From NCBI RefSeq assembly GCF_041146345.1, contig NW_027191411.1, forward strand, positions 1,612,001 through 1,676,000: a DNA stretch of 64,000 nt, read 5' to 3'. The notes beneath the pieces were generated by a model. That model was given only the letters and a program-made list of their open reading frames with translations, made no database searches and was not told where the DNA came from. Below, in pieces: positions 37,446-50,318 of the stretch. The position numbers were made by a program, and so were the translations under genes. Each line of letters opens with the position of its first letter. Position 1 is the stretch's first letter. This stretch comes from Neodothiora populina. Lineage: Eukaryota.

Positions 37446-38164
37446 TTAAGCGACAAGGGTGGAGGCGGTGGCGGACTCGTACTTCCAGGTGGGAGGAAGG
37501 ACACCGACGGTCTTGTAGTAGCGAGACAGACGGTGGATACGGGACTCGATGAGAATGAGGCGGAACTTCGAGTCCTTGTCCTTGCGGTTGCGCTCGAGGT
37601 GCTTTCTGACGGCAACAGCCTGGTGAAGAGCAAGTCAGCACATACGGTCTGTGAAGAAAGTGATTATATAAGGAAACAACAAACGTACCTTCTTGATAAG
37701 CATGTAAAGGTCCTCGGGGATCTCAGGGGCGAGGCCTATTTGCAAATCTCTCCGTCAGTCAAGGACCAAGCAGAGGCATAAGTTTTGAAGAGTTCATGAA
37801 CGTGTTTGCGCATCTTTCAGCAGCAAACACCTCTCATGTCTCTCATACGGGGTAGACCGTACCGCTAGACTTCAAGATACGGAGGATCTTGTTACCTATA
37901 ATCAATGTCAGTCTCTGGTCTTTGCAGAATCCGGTTTCCTCTCTCATGCGACAGAAACATACCAGTGACAATCTTGACCTGAGCGACACCGTGGGAGTCA
38001 CGGAGGACGACACCGATCTGGGAAGGAGTGGCACCCTTACGGGCGAGCTTGCAGATCTGGTCGACAACCTGCTCGGGGGTTGTCTTCAACCATGCCGGAG
38101 GAGCGCGAGAGTAGGGGAGGGCGCTGGACGAGATACCCTTTCCTTTGCTGTGAAGGCGACCCAT
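37446..38164 (-). CDS. RPS13: 40S ribosomal protein S13 (uS15); introns 37962-37896, 37862-37736, 37688-37620
   Basis: [20 protein letters not shown]...[47 protein letters not shown]. Confidence 0.98.
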
Positions 38165-41040
38165 TTTGGCGGTGTTGGATTAGTTGTCTGGGAGGAAATT
38201 GGGCGGATTTGTCGTGAGGTCGTCGTACGTCTCGATTTTCGAGAGATTTGCTGTCGAGAGTGCGAAGTAGATTTTGGGCGATGCCCCGGAGCGTCGTGGG
38301 TCTTGGCACCGGCAATTAGCCGAAAAGTCTCTGCCCAGCAAAATCTCCCCTTCAACTTCGAAGCCTGCGAGGGTAAGAAACTTCCTTTTGCATCACAACA
38401 CTGAAAAGGTTAGTAGAATAGACATGTCACCTCTTCACATCCCATCCCTATTCCAACCTGATGAATCAACGCACCTTCGCGTAAATGGCACCTCTCAATT
38501 CATTCGCTCTACGAGCGAAAATGCTTTAAACGGACTTCTGATCTTGCACGTTCCTAAAACATACACAATTACAATACTCAAGCCTTTGATCACATTGCTA
38601 ATATTGTTCTTGCAGATTCTCCAGCAAATTACATTTCATACCCAGCGATAGCCTTGACTGGGATACCTCAGGGTTCCTTCGCCGAGTCTCGAAGTCTTTT
38701 CTGCAGAAGCAAGTTAGATCATCTTCTGATACATGTCCTTGTTTTTGTGATGTATTCTGTATTCAATCCTTTTGCTAGCTCATCTTTACGTTTCGTTCTC
38801 ATACTAAAGTGCTCATCATTGTGAATTTAGTCGTGAGCTCCCTATCCTCATGTCTGTTGACAATGCAAGTAGATATGAGTATGTTTACACAATGCGGAAG
38901 CACAGTAGTGCGGCAGAGGCGTTCTCTCGCTTGTCACTATTTATGACTCGTCAGGCACGAAGCAATGTGTTGATTCACGCAACAAAGTGTAGACAAAAAT
39001 AAAAGTAGGTGCTTACCAGCTGCTGCACATGAACATGGATTTGAGGTCGGGGTTTGCGTCAATAGTATATGCATGCGGTTGTTCCTGGTCCTAGGAGCAG
39101 AGACTTATTTTAGAACCTGTACTCTGCAGTTCAGGTTTAATACATCAGCTTACCTGTGCCCTGAAAGTGATCCATCCTAGTGAGACTCGAAGTAAAGGTA
39201 CAAACATGTGATGTGTGCTATTGCAATAGCATCCCACATCGGCACCATCAGCCTTGTCGCCCGTCACCCAAAATTCCTTATAGGCCGCGCACGCATCAAC
39301 GGTCGCACCGTTTCCCCCAGCCCTGCACAAGTGAACAACGTTGGCGAACACAGCCACATCTTTGTATTAGCATAAGTTTATGCACTGCTTAATCCAAACC
39401 CGTTATGCAACCCAGCCCCTTCTTCCCTTTTGCACAAGGTCATCATCTAACGGTTGTGCTCGTCATCCCAGTCGAGACAAAACGGCCCGCTCTGAACGCT
39501 GTCAGGTCTCCTCATATCAGCTTACCTATCGTCCGCAGTCGGGACCGTTTTCTTTTGCGTTTCCTGATGCTGTAATGGACTCGGCCTTTTGCGCACGAGG
39601 TGCTGTGCACACTGTTGTACTTAGTATAGCACATGCGAGACAAACCAAACTGCCGGCTGACCTACCCCCATCAGCCTCTTTCCGTGGGATCTCATGATGA
39701 ATCGTTGACAGATGCCAATGCTCTCCTTTCTGAAAGCGCAAGAAATCCGTCTTGGCTCGCATCGGGGCTCCATGTTGGAAGCGTGAAGGAAAACTATAAT
39801 CTCTGCGCCGTCGATGCCATGGCATCTCGGGTACAAGGCTAAACCATAGTACAACTGGGACGCATGCAAAGAGTGTTGTAAATAATGGTACTTGTACAGG
39901 CACTATGGATCCCTGCGCGAGGGCACAGATTGGTCGGAAATGTTGCCTGCACTACTGCAGGTCCAGACTTTCCGCACCAGGGTGCGCAGGGTGCATCAAG
40001 CGCAAGAGCTGGAACGGAGAAAGAATTGACGAGTACTGTAACATCATACTGTACAGTACACACAAGTGATAATAGCTAAGGTACAGTAATCCGACCTCTC
40101 CTAATCGATTCGTTCGGCATGACATTAGTGGCTCAATGCCGGATATGATCCCGCCGGTGAGATGATATCAATACCCGTACGGACGGTGAGCATTTACAAC
40201 CAATGCCATGCTCAAAGCAGGGTTCAGGCAGTTGGACAAGGCAAAGAATCAAATGCAAGCGTCTTGAAACGATATCCAGCAGAGCGGCCTTATCGGACAG
40301 CAGGTGGAGGGAAAAAGCCGATCGACCAGTTTGTGTCGGGTCTTGTAAGCGCAAGGTAACGGGGCCGGACCGTGCCAACGGTCTTACCCTTCGCATTGGG
40401 GCGTGCGAGCAGAGATCAAGTGAGCGTCGAGTGATAGTCGTGGTTCCCCGCGAATTGCAAATCCCCCAGGGGAAAAGGAGAGACAAAGGAGCGATCATTG
40501 CATCAGACAATAACAGTCGTATGTTTGTCATATCTTTAAGAATGGATGTTCATGTTGAGACCAAGCCATGGAGCTGAATAGACTCGACGTATAGAGCGTT
40601 TCATGATGCGGCAAGCCATAAGCGACTGCTACCAAGACACCACTGCATGGCCAGGTGCCACGCAGTAATTAAACTAAAAACCATGCCGTTGGCGTCACGC
40701 ACAGATGCTCCCGGCGCTAGATCTCGTTACAACGGTGAAACTCCGACAGTTAGCATATTGTGCTATCACGACCGTTATAACCATTGAACACCCCCAGCCT
40801 TTCTCTTTACATTCCAATCTTTCAGTGGCATTACGCGTTACGCAGTCGTTGACCGGCACACATTCATTCCTTATAAGTTGCACAAGACTTGACCACGTTC
40901 CTTGCTATCTGGCCACATACCAAACAGCGCATCAAAACATTACTCACATATATACACACTCCCTTGCTTGCAGGTCGCGAATCGAAAATAAAATACCCCA
41001 CTTCGCTCAACCTTGCGATCTTCTGATACTCATCCGCAAA

Positions 41041-42528
41041 ATGCGCTTTCTTACTGCTGGTGCAGTGCTCGCTGCCACCTTCACCGGTGTAGTGGCCGAC
41101 CTTTGCGAGCATGGCTCGACTGACGATGGCGGCAACTGGTATTGCCAAGAAGTCAAGGCTGTCACTTACACTGGTCTCTCCGGATCCGGCTCGTACAACA
41201 AAGTAACCAGCATGGACAGCACGTCTTCAACATGTAGTTCTTCGCCTTTCGGTTACTCTGGATCCATGTCTCCTCTTGATGAGGAGGTAAGTGAAATCCC
41301 TACTGTTTCGTAGTCGATCAATCTTTCTCACACTTGGCAGGTCTCTCTTCACTTCCGCGGTCCTCTCGCACTGAAGCAGTTTGCCGTCTACACTCCTGGC
41401 TCTTCGTCTTCGAAGGCGAAGAAGGCCAAGCGAAGTGGGATGAAGCGTCACGGCCACGAGCATCTCGAGAAGCACAAGCGTCATGCGCATGAAGCTGCTC
41501 AGCAGGCCGAGAACGACAAGCGCGCTCTCGGCGATGTCGTGATTGCCACCATCGATGGTCAAGTTGTCTCATGGCTGAACAACTGGTCTGGCGAAGCCAC
41601 TACCGCTGCTGAAGCAGCTGCTCCCGCTACGACCTTGGCGACCAGCGCTGCCCCGGCTGCTACCACAGCTGCAGCCGAAACCTCTGCAGTCGAGGCGTCA
41701 AGTTCCAGTGCAGTCAACACCTTCAACCGTGTAGCCGCCCAGAAGGCCAGCTCTACGCCTTCCAGTTCCGGCGCTGCTGCGACGCAAACTTCTACATCTG
41801 GCAGCTGGTCGCGTCAAGCGTACTACAACGCCGCATCTGGTCACGCCGATGGAGTCGTCTTCCTCAACCACAACGGCGGCCAAGGATCTGGTGTCTTTGA
41901 CTACACCTTCGGCAATTCGCTATCTTATGCATCTGAAGACGCAACGAGCGGATCTTCCTCTCCTCAGGTGCTCGCTGACACCACGCTTCCCTCCAACACG
42001 GAAGTTGTCATCATGTCTGACAGCGAGTGCAACAATGGCGACTGCGGCTACACTCGTGACGGTACTGTAGCATACCACGGTTGGGGCGGCAGCCAGAAAG
42101 CTTTCCTGTTCGAGTTCCAGATGCCTCAAGACAGCTCCAACGACGCATCCTTCAACGGCAACATGCCTGCTATCTGGATGCTCAATGCGCAGATCCCAAG
42201 AACGCTGCAATACGGGCAAGCCGACTGCTCCTGCTGGACCACAGGATGTGGCGAATTCGACATCTTTGAGGTGCTTGCTCCTGGTGACGAGCGCTGCAAG
42301 TCGACTCTGCACGGTAACATCAACGGTGGCGATTCGGACTACTTCAAGCGGCCCACCGACAGCACGATCAAGGCGGCAATGATCATGAACGGCGATAACA
42401 TCCACATCAAGGTGCTCGACGACTCTTACGAGTTCGGCAGCAGCTTAGACGAAGCTGCCATTTCGGACATCTGTTCGTCAACGCTCATCGAGAGTCTGCT
42501 CGTCTCCATCTTCAACCTGGTGTCATAA
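41041..42528 (+). CDS. TOS1: Secreted Tos1/Pga52-like cell-wall protein (DUF2403 + DUF2401, putative beta-1,3-glucanase); exons 41041-41286, 41341-42528
   Basis: Signal peptide; GSMSPLDEEVSLHFRGPLALKQFAVY; His/KR-rich segment; Ser/Thr/Ala linker; NMPAIWMLNAQIPRTLQY; CSCWTTGCGEFDIFE (ExDxxE). Confidence 0.9.
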
Positions 42529-43293
42529 TGGTCGAGTAGCAGGAGTGGTGTGGATATTGATGGGAAAATGCGTTTCATGATTTTTACTTTCTATTCTCAC
42601 GGCGACGATTATTTTATGATTGGGACTGGCGGCGAACCTTCGCATGTCCCGGATTGTCGATACTGGACAAAAAAAAGAGTTGGGATCTTGTCGTCTTGGG
42701 GCGCTGGCGCACAGGACGGTACCGACTGTCGATTTATATACCACTTTAGCGATGAATGATTCTTGAGCATGATGCTCCGACCTGCTTTCTTTACATCTTG
42801 TCTTTTCGCAACGACGTGTCCCCTGTGAGCAATTCTTTGAGTGACCCAGTGCACACGAAACATGCGAGCGATGGAAAAGAGTGTAGACGTTGGAAGCCGA
42901 AGTAGTGTTTAGGTTTGTTGTGTACAAAAGTCATGAGTCGAGTCTCCCCGTCTTTCTCCACAGCAAACCGAGAGCCTCGGGCCCTCGGTCTTTTTTTGCT
43001 TCTCGGCAGAAGTAAAGAGCGGGCGGGCACATGTTCACCTTGTCTCCACTAAGAATAAGAGGATGTGATGGTATTATTATTGTTATTATTCTTGCTGCTA
43101 GTCATGACTTAACATCTGCCTTAGTCATTGATTGCTCTGTTGAACCCCTCCTCACCTCTGCAGCGTCATCGTCGCCTGCCCAGATCCGCGCAGCGCTGTC
43201 ATCGCCCTCAGCCGCGACTTTATAGAGTCGGGAAACATAACCAAGACTATCCTCCAACCTTACGTGGAGCGCCAGTACGAGGGCCACAGAGAC

Positions 43294-44839
43294 ATGGCGA
43301 GCGCGTCGCCTCCAAAGCCCTGGGAACGTGCACCAGCAGCCGGAAACTCGACAGGTATGCGCCCGCCGACCGCCCACACCTTGTCACACATGCGCGCCAG
43401 AGATTAACCGTATCGCAGCATTAACATCGACGTCGTCACCGTCAGCAGCAACGCCAAGCATAGCGCACCCAACGTCGGCTGCGACACCGTCGGCCACCAG
43501 TGCAGGAGCACCTGCTCTACCCTCCCGACCGGACTCCCTTGATTCCGTCGTCAACCAAAACGCCTCGGCATACACTTCTTCTCCTTACGCGAATCGTACA
43601 ATGTCGTCTCCCTATGGCATGGGCGGCATGTCCTCCTACTCGTCGCCATACAATCGATTCGGCGGCGGTATGGGCTCGATGTATGGCGGAGGCATGTATG
43701 GAGGCATGGGCGGGGGCATGGGCGGGGGCATGTACGGGTCGCCGTACGGAGGTGGCATGTATGGCAATGGATACGGCGCCATGGGCCAACCTGGAAACCA
43801 GAGCTTGACCCAGAGTTTCAGCAACAGCACTCAGGCCACCTTCCAGATCATCGAGAGCATAGTCGGTGCTTTTGGAGGCTTTGCCCAGATGCTGGAGAGC
43901 ACGTATATGGCGACGCACTCGTCGTTCTTTGGTGAGTGCATATCGGATCACTCAGCTCATCAACGCATCTAGCTGACAGTGACGGAAACAGCCATGGTGT
44001 CCGTAGCAGAGCAGTTCGGAAACCTCCGCCAGACTTTGGGACAAGTTCTAGGCATCTTCACCATCATCCGATGGGTACGCACAGTCATGGCCAAATTGAC
44101 CGGCCGACCACTACCAGCAAATGGCTCGGAGCTGACCCCGCTGAACTTTGCACAATTCAGCGGCAAGAGCCCGGACGGCTCACCAGCTCCCCCGCGCGCG
44201 TCCAAAAAGCCCTTTTTCTTCTTCATCGCAGCCGTGTTCGGACTACCGTACCTGATGGGCAAACTGATCCGCGCACTCGCCAAATCACAAGAAGAAGAGG
44301 AACAGCGACGGCTGGCCAACGATCCGCAAGCCCTCGCCGCACAGCAGCCACTCGACCCCAGCAAACTCGATTTCTGCCGTGTGCTATACGACTTCACCCC
44401 CGAGGCCAACCCGGGCACTGTGCAGGGTGCAGACCTGGCCGTCAAGAAAGGCCATCTCGTCGCCGTGCTAAGCAAAACCGATCCCCTGGGCAATCCCTCA
44501 GAGTGGTGGCAATGTCGTGCGCGAGACGGCCGGAAAGGCTACCTGCCCGCGCCCTACCTCGAGACCATCCAGAGAAGACCACAACAAGCACAAATCACCG
44601 GCGGCAGCCAGAATGGGGGGAGTCCCATAGGCAGCCGAGCACAGACAATGACGTCCACCACGACATCAGCCGGGCTCGATAGCAGCAGCAGAACCAACAC
44701 CATGCTCGACAAGGAGATGGAAGCCGTCAAGGCAGCCACGGCAAAGAACGCCGGGCTACCGCTGCCTCCTAAATTGGCAGAGGGCAAGCCGGGGGATTTG
44801 AGCGTCGAGAGCTTCCAGAAGAGTCAGTTTTACTCGTAG
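43294..44839 (+). CDS. PEX13: Peroxin 13; exons 43294-43354, 43419-43931, 43992-44839
   Basis: MASASPPKPWE; YG-rich repeats; TFQIIESIVGAFGGFAQMLESTYMATHSSFFAMVSVAEQF; SH3 domain FCRVLYDF...WWQCRARDGRKGYLP. Confidence 0.96.
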
Positions 44840-46578
44840 GATTTTTGATGCGATCGAAGTTTGTAATAATGATACCACTAAAAACTTTCTCTCTCTGAAG
44901 GAATCTGTTTCTGCCTTTTGTTCTGTTCTTCGGTTTGATGAAGGACTAAAGTAAAGCGAGAGCGGGAGGCGTTTGCTTTTTCTTGCTTGTTTCTGGGATC
45001 TCCTACTGTATCAGGCAGGGTGCTTCGACCTTCTTGTCCAATTCTCATGGTATTCTGCCGATTGAAGAATCAACGGAAAGAGTTATTTGTATGGTTCATG
45101 GATCCTGCCAAAGGTGAATGACTTGACCCTTCCTTCACTTTCCTGCTCTATCTTCCTATGCAGTAGCAGTATGATAGCAATACCAAACACCTGCCAAATC
45201 CATGCCAAAAACACTGCAAATAACCCTCCACGACTCATCCAGCACCCGAACTAAGCCCAAGTAACCCTCAACTGATAACCAAGTACCACACAAACTTAGC
45301 TGCTGCACACTCGCAAAGCGTCGAGCAAGCAACGGTACGGTGAGGTATATTAGAGGACCTGCATATCAATTATCCAACAAGATCCGGATGACTAAACAGT
45401 AAATGCTCAATGAGACCAGAACGGAAATACACTAGAGACCAAGCAGGCAACACGACAAGCTCGCCAGAGGACGACACGCAATGGGATCTTGCAGACCAGT
45501 CTTTTCCAGCTCACCCCTGACGAGACAGGACGTATCCCAACCCCAGCGAAAGAAACGGACTGAACTGCCAGACCAAGAGGCACCTCGCGCGTCTCTGTAG
45601 AAGAACAGTTCACTTATCTCATGTGCGGCACCGGGCTGCTTTAGAGAGTATGCTTATATGCTTAACTGGTGCTGTCGACGTGAACCGCAGCTAGTGGTGG
45701 CCTCGTGGTTCTGCTAGCCAACGAGCCGCCCCGTCCTGGTGCGGACTGCTACCTATTGTCTCTCCATGCATGCGGCAGACGCGACGTTGTTTGCATTGCT
45801 TTGCAGCGGTATATCGCCCACTGCACCCCGTGTGGGTCGGACTGGACCTGGCGACATCAGCTGCGTGGCGAGCACTGATAGGTTCACGGCTCTCTGTTCG
45901 ATAGCTGGCTCGAGCCGACGCGTGCCTGCTGCTCTGTGAGAATGAGCCTTTCTCAACGCCTTGATTTCCCCCGTGAAGAGCCGTGAAGCAAGTCACACTA
46001 CATCATATACCCGGACTCGGTCCGTGAGAGTGATATGCTTGATCTCGAGTCGTGCGCCTGCTGCCCCTTTGCGCTTGTCTCTCGCTCTGTATTCGAGCCT
46101 GCCAAAACACTCGTATGCATGTCGTATCCATTGACGAATACGCCATACAGGCAGATACACACTAAAATGTGTCGTCTCCACTGTTGAAGTTTTTTGTCGA
46201 CTTTGGGCTAGTGTTTCTGAATTGTATGGGTGGTTTACTGGACGGGGATAGTGGAGTTTGGTGCGTTTGTACCCGGTGGGGGTTGTTGGCGAGTGAAGGA
46301 CTCAAGACACGGTGAAGGGAGAAGGTGAGACATTTGGGATCTGTCGATATGATTGATTACGATGATAACGACGACACGACCGCTGTACAGTATGATTTAT
46401 GTAAAACTACTCAAGGGATATATCAGTGAAGGTATGAACATGAGACAAAAGGAAAGGAAAAAACATCATGTGCAAGAAGGCGTCATCTCGGTCTCGGTCC
46501 GAAATGTCCATCTACCGAAAACGACATCAGACACTACAACTCAAACTCAAGGGACTGCAGAAATGAAGTCTTCTTCTT

Positions 46579-48393
46579 CTAGTGGCTGTGACCTTCGTGG
46601 TCGTGGTCGTGCCCTTCGGCGTCTTGTGTTTGCGCTTCGGGTCCACAGCACGTCTTGCCGTCGCCACATGCGTCGCCACAATCCAAGAGGCAGGGGTCGG
46701 CGTCGTTCTTCAGACTGCCTGCTTTGCTGGCCTGCTTGCTCACAGTCTTGGGACGAGCAGCAGCAGCAGCAGCATCGCTAGGCGCTGTATGTGAAGCGCT
46801 GTCGGCCGGAGATGAATGGTCGTGCTGGGGATCGAGACAGAACTCGGGTTGAATCGTCGAAGAGTGGATGCCGTACTCGTGAAGACAATCGCGGATGGCG
46901 TGTGCGAGATCCATGTATCTGGCGGCGCCTTCACCCTCAAAGTCAAAGTCGACCTGGACGTGCAGAGAAGCAACAAGCTTCGTGTCGCTCAATTGCCATA
47001 CGTGAAGATGGTGGCAGCTCACGATGCTTGGCAGGAGTTCAATGTCTTCCTGAATCTCGTCGATGTTCAGCCCGATGGGGACGGCTTGTAGCAAGATGCG
47101 CGAAGCTGCCTTGCAGAGCGGGATCGCAGAGGCAAGGATGATGACTGTGATGAGAAGAGACACGGCAGGGTCGAAGTAGAAGCGCCACGAATAGTCGGTG
47201 AGCCAGATGAACAGCGCAGTGACGATGACACCGATGTTGCCTAAGGCGTCGCCCATGACATGAAGGAAAACACCGCGCATGTTGAGGTCGTGCGAGTGAC
47301 CGTGTCCACCCTTGCCTTGGTCCTTGGGTTTGGCATGGTTGTGAGATTTGTGATCGATAGACTTGCGCTTCTTCTGTATCGCACCATAGCCATTGCCAGA
47401 GCCGCGCTGCAACAAAGGGGCCTCTGCAGAAGCGGGGTTGTCGCCGTCCTCCTCGTCGGCAGCGTTGTCGTCTCCCTGATCGTCGGTACTCTCCCCGGAC
47501 TCGATTTGATCCATTCTGCCCGCATCGATGATGGCGCGTCGGAACGAAGAAGGATTGACAGGGAGATCCTCGAGGCTAGAGTAGGTACGCGAACGTGAGC
47601 GAGTCTTCTTATGCGAGCGATGGCTGGCGCTCGGCTGGCGAGACAGATCCTCGACCGCAGTGGTGTCGCTGTCCGCTTTTCTTGTCTTCTGGGAACTGGG
47701 CCAGTTGGCGATTCTGCTTTCCGGCAGGACATCCGCGATATTTCCACCTTCGTCGGCAGCGTCAGCATCGCCGGGGTGTACGTGATTGTGGCCCTCCTCG
47801 GCATCCCTGACGCCGTCTGTTTCTCCATGCGAGTGTCCCGAAGGTCCGTGGCTGTGTCCTCCGTGCGAGTGTCCGTGGTCATGGAACAAGAAGAGGCCGA
47901 CGATGTTGGACGCTAAACCAAGGCAGCCGACGACAAGCACAAGCTTCGGGTTCGAGACTTCCTGAGGCTCGACAAAGCGCTGGATAGCTTCGAGCGCGAT
48001 AGAGACGCAAAGTGCGACAAGAAAAACACCATTGATAAGAGCTCCCAGTGTTTCGGCGCGTTGCCACTTCGCATTGTCAGCTTGAACTCTTGAGCTTCGG
48101 TGCTATGGTATCCGGAAAGACGCACGCCATATGTATACATCTTCGAGTTGGTCTTTTGACTAGCGACCTTGACTGCCCATAGACCGACGCATAACGACAA
48201 GACATCGTTCAACTGTGGTAATGTGTCAGCTGCATCTATCAGAAAGCACGAGTGATCGATCACCAACCATATGGAAAGAGTCCGCCACCAGGGCCAGCGA
48301 ATGCACAGCATATCCTGTGATAATCTCGATAAGAAAGAAAACAGAGTCGATGGCCAAGAGGATGGAGATCCTCGTCGATTTTGAGAGGCCCAT
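46579..48393 (-). CDS. ZRC1: CDF-family vacuolar zinc/cobalt transporter (Zrc1/Cot1-like); introns 48267-48213, 48125-48067
   Basis: SLALVADSFHMLND, TYGWQRAETLGALIN, His-rich loop, LNMRGVFLHVMGDALGNIGV, HHLHVWQL and GIHSSTIQPEF. Confidence 0.93.
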
Positions 48394-48660
48394 GTTTACA
48401 GTGCAATGTGCAGCGTGCCCACAAGTTGATGGGCAGAGGAGGGGAAAAAGAAAGGGAAAGCTGCAGACCACCGGCCTATATAACTATCAAAAAGTGAAAA
48501 GCCGGGGAACAGTCGAACACGGTGGAAGTCTCGTGCTGAAAGGCTGCCAGAAAAGAGCGTCGACTGTTGGTGATGAGGCTTCGTCTGGCTCGATGGTAAA
48601 TGGACTTTTTAGTTTTGACGTAGTTCCAATTCCACCCTAATATAAGGGTCGATGTTGCAC

Positions 48661-48784
48661 GTTGCTGCGACGGCGATTTCGCTGCTGTAGACATGGCTGT
48701 ACTCGGCTTGGCTCCGCTATATCGGTGTTGCTGCGACGGCGACTTCGCTGCTGTCGACTTGGCTACTTGTGGGCTACGCTATAC
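48661..48784. repeat. Two-copy ~66-bp imperfect direct repeat in the ZRC1 promoter
   Basis: gttgctgcgacggcgatttcgctgctgtagacatggct... at 48661 and gttgctgcgacggcgacttcgctgctgtcgacttggct... at 48727; both units end in ggct(c/a)cgctata. Confidence 0.9.
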
Positions 48785-50318
48785 AATTATCGTTCCACCA
48801 TTTTTGACGACTCTGCGGGGATCAGCAATGCGCATCTGCCGAGCATGCGTTGTCTATTGACCGAGACAGCTGTGTCCGCGATCCCTCGTCCTTCACGGGC
48901 ACAATCGGAGAGGGTGGGATTCCATAGGAGGACTGTACTTTCACTGCCTATGCCGATCTCATTAATCTGACCATCACTGGCACCTCCGCAGTGCCATCAC
49001 ACCCAGTAACGCAGATTTGGGTGCTGAGTCTACCATCCTGAAGCTCATCTCATAAGTCAGACTGGACCCTCACTCCAACCTCAGGAGGATTCGACCCCGG
49101 TCCGACTTGTGGAGCAGTGCAAGCACCAAAACCACGATTCTTGTAGCTCTTATTTCCACCGCAGCAAGTTCAATGAAGTCACCTGAAATGCCTATGTCGA
49201 AGGCAGAAAAGACTGGCAGGTAACTCCATCTCCATCCGAAAAGTGCTTTGGAGAAAGATTTACGAGTGGGAAGTAGTACAACCTGGGGTCCACCCATGAC
49301 ACTATCCTAAAACCTCATTTAAGGTAGTAGTCATACCCTTGAAAGCATATCGAGCATTTGTTCTGTACTGAGTCTGATGCATTGGGACTCTTGTTATACA
49401 CTTGTTTAGCACTAAGCATCGATTGACTAGTCCTCTCAAATTCAACGACCATCGACTCGACAATTACTTCGAGTTGATTTTACCGCACATGTACCTTCAA
49501 TTATGGATCATTGACTTTGCAATCACTTCAAATTGACCGAGGTATCATTGTGTCATTCACTTACAGCTCACCAAACTTTTCTTCCCATAATGGCAACCAA
49601 TATTTCCTAGTCTGGTCACAGGAAGCATAGAAAATGCCGCGTAACGAGGGATCTGGCTACCAGCCTTTTTGACTGGTGCTGTTGATCCATTTGAGATCAG
49701 TACAACCATACATATTCCTTTTATCTATATCTACAGCATTGGTAGGCAATCGCGATAAAAGACAAAAGATCCTCTCCTCCATTTTTGTTTTTGCTTGCCC
49801 TGTCTATCATTGAATTACAATTTCTTTTATGGTTGAATAACCCCTCGAACAGCAATATCTCCTCGACATCTAGATATGCAGAATAGAAATAGAAAAGCAC
49901 TCGACTGCAACATGGACATGTACGTATACGCATGTCAGTCATCGCATCGAGCTTGCCGCTGTATTAGTAGAACCTTCTAGATTCCAGTTCTTTTTTTTTG
50001 TCTCCGTCTGGCTTTGCCCAGGAAGATTTGTGTCGCGTATCCAGAACAAAGTCGAGAGTCGCATAGTGATTATTGCCGTTTCAGTATAGTATGTAACATC
50101 ATACAGAGAAGGAGAAGCCAAAACAAGATCTAGAACCTACATTCTTCCTTGCTTCGATTGTTTTGAGTCTCGTGTATCATGACATTCCCGCATTTTTGCT
50201 TGTTTTGTTCGTCATCTGCAGGGTTCATCATTATAATCGTGAGACCTGGATCTGCCTGTCCAGACATAGGCTGCCTCTTGATGAAGCATAATGCAAGGAC
50301 AAATAGCCCGTATAGGAA

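Noticed and set aside
37620..37688. Internal CAG-ACC-GTATGT in RPS13 intron 3, suggesting a 3-nt microexon or stwintron
   Set aside because: The sub-introns would be 40 and 26 nt, the second too short, and the conserved IKKAVAVRK needs no extra residue.
37736..37862. U14 or another snoRNA hosted in the RPS13 (or Hsp70) introns, as in vertebrates
   Set aside because: No canonical RUGAUGA C box paired with a terminal CUGA, no U14 rRNA-complementary domains and no clear H/ACA boxes.
39693..39735. C-box ATGATGA followed by CTGA in the RPS13-TOS1 intergenic region
   Set aside because: The boxes are only ~30 nt apart, with no terminal stem or recognisable rRNA guide.
38200..41000. Short ORFs (60-130 aa) in the long RPS13-TOS1 intergenic region, and likewise in 44850-46550 and 48800-50300
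   Set aside because: No codon bias, motifs or coherent exon chains; treated as promoter, UTR or noise.
45515..45556. CTGACGA...CGAAA resembling a hammerhead ribozyme core
   Set aside because: Stem II and the flanking stems cannot form.
49080..49140. tRNA T-arm-like GGGTCGAATCC on the minus strand (also GGTTCGAAC at ~30132)
   Set aside because: No cloverleaf, acceptor stem or anticodon arm could be built.
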